Assembly: GCA_038317375.1 (NCBI GenBank)
Contig: JBBQBM010000001.1
Coordinates: 1,447 to 65,446 of the forward strand
Length of the DNA: 64,000 nucleotides
Source of the DNA: Candidatus Saccharimonadales bacterium
GTDB lineage: Bacteria > Patescibacteriota > Saccharimonadia > Saccharimonadales > JAGQMS01
Direction: 5' to 3'
Position 1 is the first letter of the stretch. Each line of letters begins with the position of its first letter. The translations under genes and the position numbers were made by a program. The notes under the pieces were generated by a model. The model did not search any database. It was not told the DNA's origin and was given only the letters and a program-made list of their open reading frames with translations. This document shows positions 59,385 through 64,000 of this stretch, piece by piece.

Positions 59385-60827
59385 ATGCTATTTTCGAGGA
59401 TTATTACTATGATCTTCGATCATCGGTTTCGAAGAACAACCTTTCTAATATTCGGTAGCCTAGGCTTCTTGGGCGGATCGCTCTATGCGCTACAGGGTAG
59501 TGCTGGCTGGGCTTGGCTGATCCCAGCTTTCTTCTTTGCGCCGGCGCTAAAGGACCGTCGCTTTGTAGCGCTGGTAGTCGTTATGTATGGATGTTTCATC
59601 GGCGGAGTTATTAGAGGTAACCACGCGCTCGCAAAAGAGGACGTGCTACGCCAGTTCATGGGCCAGAAAGTGACGCTTGATGCTGTGATTACGGACGACG
59701 GCTATTATGACTACAAAAGGAGGGTGACCTTCACGGCCAACGTGTTTGAGATTTTGTCGCCAGAACGAGTCAAGGTTGACGTGCCGCTACGGATAAATAC
59801 CTTTGTACTATCATCTGCTACTCGCGGAGAAGTAGTGAGAGTAACAGGAAAGATTTTCCCTACGCTTGGTAATGTGGCTGGGTCGATTGGCTATGCTGAG
59901 GTCGAGACTTTAGGTACGACCGTAAATTTTTTGGACCTGGCGAGACAAAAGTTCACAGCTGGGCTACGAAACAGTTTGCCGGAACCAACGGCATCTTTTG
60001 CGGCCGGTATTTTAATTGGTCAAAGATCGTCATTGACTAGCAAGTGGCAAGATATTATTCGTGATGCCGGAATAACACATATTATCGCTGTGTCGGGCTA
60101 TAACCTGACCATCTTAGTAAGATTTACGCGAAGACTATTCAAGAGAAAGTCTCGCTATCAGGTATTAGTTAGTAGCGCACTGCTCGTTACTGCTTTCGTT
60201 ATGATTACTGGTCTTAGCCCTTCGATCTTACGGGCGATAATCGTGGTGATCCTATTACAGCTGAGCTGGTTCTATGGCCGGAAGATCCATCCGATTGTAC
60301 TACTCAGCTTATCGGCAGCGATCTCAGTACTTATTGACCCGTTCCAGCTTTGGAGAAGCGTTGGTTGGTATTTATCGTTCGCGGCTTTTTTTGGAGTAAT
60401 TGTTATGGCGCCGCTTCTTGTGTCTAAAAAACGCGAAAAATCTATCCTTGCCTTACTCATCACGGAGAGTTTATCTGCCGGTCTTATGACATTGCCGATC
60501 ATTGCTACGGTTTTTGGTAGAGTCTCAGTTGTTAGTATTTTTGCGAACTTGCTCGTGACCCCACTAGTTCCCCTGGCAATGTTGCTCAGTTTCATAGCCG
60601 GATTAGCTGGATGGATACTTCCGGCTATGTCTGGGTGGTTCGCGTTACCGGCACGGTTCTTATTAACCTATATGCTCGACATCGCCAATATCGTGTCGCG
60701 TTTGCCAGGCGCACGACTTGGCCTGAGTGTTAATGCATTAGTACTAGCAATATTTTATGCGTTACTCTGTGGTGGAATTTGGATTTTGCATCGACACAGA
60801 AAACCTAAACTATTAGTTCTAGACTGA
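59385..60827 (+). CDS. comEC: ComEC/Rec2 family competence channel protein (no metallo-beta-lactamase domain)
   Basis: ..GITHIIAVSGYNLTIL.. and the multi-TM competence domain; 480 aa. Confidence 0.8.
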   Translation: MLFSRIITMIFDHRFRRTTFLIFGSLGFLGGSLYALQGSAGWAWLIPAFFFAPALKDRRFVALVVVMYGCFIGGVIRGNHALAKEDVLRQFMGQKVTLDAVITDDGYYDYKRRVTFTANVFEILSPERVKVDVPLRINTFVLSSATRGEVVRVTGKIFPTLGNVAGSIGYAEVETLGTTVNFLDLARQKFTAGLRNSLPEPTASFAAGILIGQRSSLTSKWQDIIRDAGITHIIAVSGYNLTILVRFTRRLFKRKSRYQVLVSSALLVTAFVMITGLSPSILRAIIVVILLQLSWFYGRKIHPIVLLSLSAAISVLIDPFQLWRSVGWYLSFAAFFGVIVMAPLLVSKKREKSILALLITESLSAGLMTLPIIATVFGRVSVVSIFANLLVTPLVPLAMLLSFIAGLAGWILPAMSGWFALPARFLLTYMLDIANIVSRLPGARLGLSVNALVLAIFYALLCGGIWILHRHRKPKLLVLD

Positions 60828-60862
60828 CAAAAGTCTGATTTATTGAGACAATAAGAGTAATT

Positions 60863-61564
60863 ATGAGCGGACATAGCAAATGGTCGACAATCAAACGCGC
60901 AAAAGGAGCTACGGATGCTAAGCGTAGCGCCGTTTTTACTAAACTCGGAAATCAATTAGCTATAGCTGCAAGAAGCGGAGTCGACCCTAGCCTAAACTCA
61001 ACACTTGCAATGGCTATTGAAAAAGCTAAGGCAGCTAACATGCCAATGTCTAATATTGATAGGGCGATTGACCGAGTTAAGGACAAGGACGCTGCTCAAC
61101 TTCTTGAGGTAATGTATGAAGGTTATGGCCCAGGCGGGGTCGCTATTTTGATAGAATGCGCAACCGACAACATCAACCGCACATATCCAGAAGTTAAGAA
61201 TGCATTTTCAAAACACGGCGGTAATATTGCTGAAAAAAACTCGGTAGCCTTTCAGTTCACCAGGAAGGGAATTATTCGAGTGAAAGCATCGGGTGAAGAA
61301 GCACTACTTGCAGTCCTTGACGCTGGTGCCGACGATGCAATCGAAGAGGCTGGAGAAATGATCGTCTACACAAACCCATCACAACTAGCGAGTGTCCGCG
61401 ATAAGTTGAAGAGCTCCAGTCTCGAAGTGATTGAGGCGGAACTAACCTATGAGCCAAATTCTAGTGTAGAAGTCGATGAGGAAACGGGCGGCAAAGTTAT
61501 GCGGGTCATGGAAGCTCTAGAAGATTTGGACGATGTAGTGAACACCTACACCAACTTAGCATGA
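60863..61564 (+). CDS. YebC/PmpR family DNA-binding transcriptional regulator
   Basis: MSGHSKWSTIKRAKGATDAKRSAVFTKL N-terminus. Confidence 0.92.
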   Translation: MSGHSKWSTIKRAKGATDAKRSAVFTKLGNQLAIAARSGVDPSLNSTLAMAIEKAKAANMPMSNIDRAIDRVKDKDAAQLLEVMYEGYGPGGVAILIECATDNINRTYPEVKNAFSKHGGNIAEKNSVAFQFTRKGIIRVKASGEEALLAVLDAGADDAIEEAGEMIVYTNPSQLASVRDKLKSSSLEVIEAELTYEPNSSVEVDEETGGKVMRVMEALEDLDDVVNTYTNLA

Positions 61565-62028
61565 GAATTATTGGGATCGACCCGGGGACTGGACGCCTTG
61601 GGTTTGGGGTTATTGATGTTGAGAGCCGGGAAGTAAGGCTGGTTGATGCTGGTGTAATAACTACGCCCTCTACAGACACTACTGAAAAAAGACTAAAGAC
61701 TATACATGATGACCTAACTAGCATAATAATCGAAACCAAACCGACGGTAATGTCAGTAGAAAAGCTGTTTTTTGCAAAGAATGTCACGACAGCCATGACT
61801 GTTAGCCAAGCTAGGGGGGTGGTGTTATTGCTTGCCCAAAGTCACAATCTAGAGCTGCATGAATTCACGCCATTACAGATCAAACAATCTTTAACAGGTT
61901 ATGGTCGGGCTGATAAAAAGCAGGTCCAGGAGATGGTTAAGGTCGTATTGAAATTAAAGACGATACCTCAACCAGATGATTGTGCAGATGCTTTAGCGGC
62001 AGCGCTTATGTGCGCCAAAGGTCTGTAG
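61561..62028 (+). CDS. ruvC: crossover junction endodeoxyribonuclease RuvC
   Basis: MRIIGIDPGTGRLGFGVI.. and a C-terminal DDCADALAAAL. Confidence 0.92.
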   Translation: MRIIGIDPGTGRLGFGVIDVESREVRLVDAGVITTPSTDTTEKRLKTIHDDLTSIIIETKPTVMSVEKLFFAKNVTTAMTVSQARGVVLLLAQSHNLELHEFTPLQIKQSLTGYGRADKKQVQEMVKVVLKLKTIPQPDDCADALAAALMCAKGL

Positions 62029-62085
62029 TTTATAGGGGTGATACCTCTTATGATTGTGCTATAGTTTTAGTATGGAAGTACGAAC

Positions 62086-62499
62086 GTGAGGTTGGGTCAA
62101 AAGGGCTATTCATTTATCGAGTTAATGATTACGCTCGCCGTCTTGAGCATTGTTACTCTAAGTATTTTTTCTTTTATGATTCAGATTAACGGTACAATCG
62201 ACCGGAATGGTGAGCGCATATTAGCCACAACTTCGGCTTACGAAAAATATCAAGAATACGAGACTAAGTCATTCGCTAATCTAGTACAAGGTGTGAGCGC
62301 AAGTAGTTACCAAGTTGAGGATTTTACTAGTTCTTTACCGGCAGATTTAAAACCGCCCCGTTCAGCGAAAGTTTATATTCGGGATATTACGCCGACGCTC
62401 AAAAAACTGGATGTCCGTCTAACCTATCAAGATTCTAAAAATACATCAAAAACTATTAACATCTCAACTGGCATCCAAGAAAGTGGAGTGGGTAGATGA
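62086..62499 (+). CDS. type IV pilin-like protein (prepilin N-terminal cleavage/methylation domain)
   Basis: GTG start; leader MRLGQKG followed by YSFIELMITLAVLSIV. Confidence 0.8.
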   Translation: MRLGQKGYSFIELMITLAVLSIVTLSIFSFMIQINGTIDRNGERILATTSAYEKYQEYETKSFANLVQGVSASSYQVEDFTSSLPADLKPPRSAKVYIRDITPTLKKLDVRLTYQDSKNTSKTINISTGIQESGVGR

Positions 62500-63197
62500 A
62501 AGATACCCGTGGATTCACACTTGTAGAAATGCTTGTCGTCGTGCCTATTACATTAATTGTTTGTGTATTTATGGTTTCACTACTTATAACAAAGAATGGT
62601 GAGCTTTATGAAAGGAATGCCCGGATTGGACTACGAATCGAGGGTCTTACAGTGCTAGAGAAACTCCAAGATGAATTGTCCTTTGCAAGTAGATACAATA
62701 ACGACATTCGGGCACCACTAAGTGACCCGTATGCTCCAAGTGGAGGTTGGGTTTATAACTCGACACCCCCCACGCTCATCATTGATTTACCGGCTGTTGA
62801 TAAGCCGCGGAGCGACCCTTCAAGACAATTTATCTATTACACGTCGGGTAGTTATTCTGGGCAAATTGCCGTAAACAATATTATCTACTATGTTAGTGGG
62901 ACGAAATTATTACGTCGGGTAGTCATACCAACAGCATCACAGGTTTCGCCGACTAACTATTATAAGAAAACCTGCCCTCCCGCCAATTCATCAGCTACCT
63001 GCCAAGCGGATTTGACCCTGTCCTACCATATAAGTTCGATGGTAATACATTACTTTGACACCGATAACGTTGCAGTCGATACCAACCCGACAGTCGCAGA
63101 TAAAATAAAGGTAACGCTTAATATGCGCGACATTGTTAATGGTAATCAATTAGATGAGTCGATTAGCATTACTATAAAGAAATACAATGACTTTTAA
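62496..63197 (+). CDS. type IV minor pilin-like protein
   Basis: MKDTRG-FTLVEMLVVVPI prepilin motif; ATGA overlap with the upstream gene. Confidence 0.8.
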   Translation: MKDTRGFTLVEMLVVVPITLIVCVFMVSLLITKNGELYERNARIGLRIEGLTVLEKLQDELSFASRYNNDIRAPLSDPYAPSGGWVYNSTPPTLIIDLPAVDKPRSDPSRQFIYYTSGSYSGQIAVNNIIYYVSGTKLLRRVVIPTASQVSPTNYYKKTCPPANSSATCQADLTLSYHISSMVIHYFDTDNVAVDTNPTVADKIKVTLNMRDIVNGNQLDESISITIKKYNDF

Positions 63198-64000
63198 ATT
63201 CAGGCAACCCAATAAGAGCTCGGATGCATTTGTCATGCCGATGGTTTTGATCATTATGAGCACCATAATGCTAGTGATCTTACTTATCAGCCAATCTATT
63301 GTGATTAATCAGGCTCAGATTACCAGGCACGGCTATAACTTGATTGCGCGGGCGGCTGCGAAGGCTGCGACTGATTATGCTAAAGAAGAACTCGATAGTA
63401 ACTTGACGTACTGTGGAACCACCGAGAACCGAAATGATCCATCAACCGATAGCGCCTCGACCGTTTTGTATAATAGCACCGCCTATAAAGTGACTTACCA
63501 GGTAGAGGTTTATGACGGAGTTTGCACCGGAACCGGACGGAATATTCGTGCTATTGGTAGGGTTTATATACCAGAACTTTCTATAACGGCTGCATATGTT
63601 CAAGACATTCGCGTGCGCCTGGTGCGCAGCGGTTTATATACAGGATCTCCAGGCGACTTTTCGCCGATCGCTTGGTTTAAATCTAATGTTACAGCTTCAT
63701 TACAAAAAGATGTAGCTAGTAGCTACGGCAATAGTTTTAACGCAATCTCAAGCCACGAAGAAAAGGTCGACGGCACTGCCTCAAGCAATGTCTGCGCAAG
63801 TAATAATAAAGACCTCGAGATGCCATATGGTAGCGAGAACGGCACTACTCTAAATCAAAACATCGGGCTCGTGTTTTCGAATTTAAATATTCCTCAAGGA
63901 GCTACAATTACCAACGCTTATATTCAGTTTCGTTCGCTAGGGACCAGTGGTACGGACTTTACGAGCGCTATGCTGAGCCTTCCGTTAACCATGCGACTGA
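63187..64000 (+). CDS. PilX-like/large pilus-associated protein (5' part, runs off the window)
   Basis: ATG 63187 overlaps the previous stop. MTFKFRQPNKSSDAFVMPMVLIIMSTIMLVILL hydrophobic N-terminus; open to the window end, so not in the ORF track. Confidence 0.65.
   Translation, partial: MTFKFRQPNKSSDAFVMPMVLIIMSTIMLVILLISQSIVINQAQITRHGYNLIARAAAKAATDYAKEELDSNLTYCGTTENRNDPSTDSASTVLYNSTAYKVTYQVEVYDGVCTGTGRNIRAIGRVYIPELSITAAYVQDIRVRLVRSGLYTGSPGDFSPIAWFKSNVTASLQKDVASSYGNSFNAISSHEEKVDGTASSNVCASNNKDLEMPYGSENGTTLNQNIGLVFSNLNIPQGATITNAYIQFRSLGTSGTDFTSAMLSLPLTMRL

Noticed and set aside
1-64000. Alternative genetic code (UGA recoding as in Gracilibacteria/SR1), CRISPR arrays, prophage/ICE, IS elements and defence islands.
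   Set aside because: Conserved genes end at TGA with full-length products (for example 7549..8559), so the standard code fits. I saw no regularly spaced direct repeats and no integrase, transposase, recombinase, capsid, terminase, restriction or Cas-like motifs in any frame of the ORF track.

Overview
Chromosomal window that looks like a reduced-genome Patescibacteria/CPR organism, most likely Saccharibacteria (TM7)-like. This is an inference from gene content only: phosphoketolase plus acetate kinase, archaeal-type AspRS, type IV pilins plus ComEC, a sortase with a GLUG-repeat surface protein, many small membrane proteins, and the standard code with TGA stops. I call about 75 protein-coding genes on both strands and 4 tRNAs (three with CAU anticodons, one Lys-UUU). 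There is a cobalamin riboswitch in front of a DUF4430/membrane-component pair, and an HrcA/CIRCE heat-shock regulon (hrcA-grpE-orf-dnaK-orf, VKOR, dnaJ). I saw no rRNA, CRISPR array, transposase, integrase or recognisable defence gene. Four things stand out. (1) A conserved multi-hairpin module with compensatory stem changes lies next to three of the four tRNA genes, and each copy abuts a duplicate of that tRNA's end. (2) A palindrome with core ACTTAAC-ATG/ACG-GTTAAGT (one or two arm substitutions in some copies) occurs seven times, five right after stop codons and two inside CDSs. (3) An operon holds three tandem RimK-type ATP-grasp ligases (one fused to a retropepsin-like DTGA domain) plus a DUF192 protein. 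(4) A 1.3-kb segment is bracketed by a tRNA(CAU) and an inverted 51-nt copy of its 3' half. It carries an unannotated 48-aa basic peptide gene, a 15-bp GC hairpin and a protein with an HxxEH motif. All functional calls rest on reading the translated motifs by eye; no database search was run.
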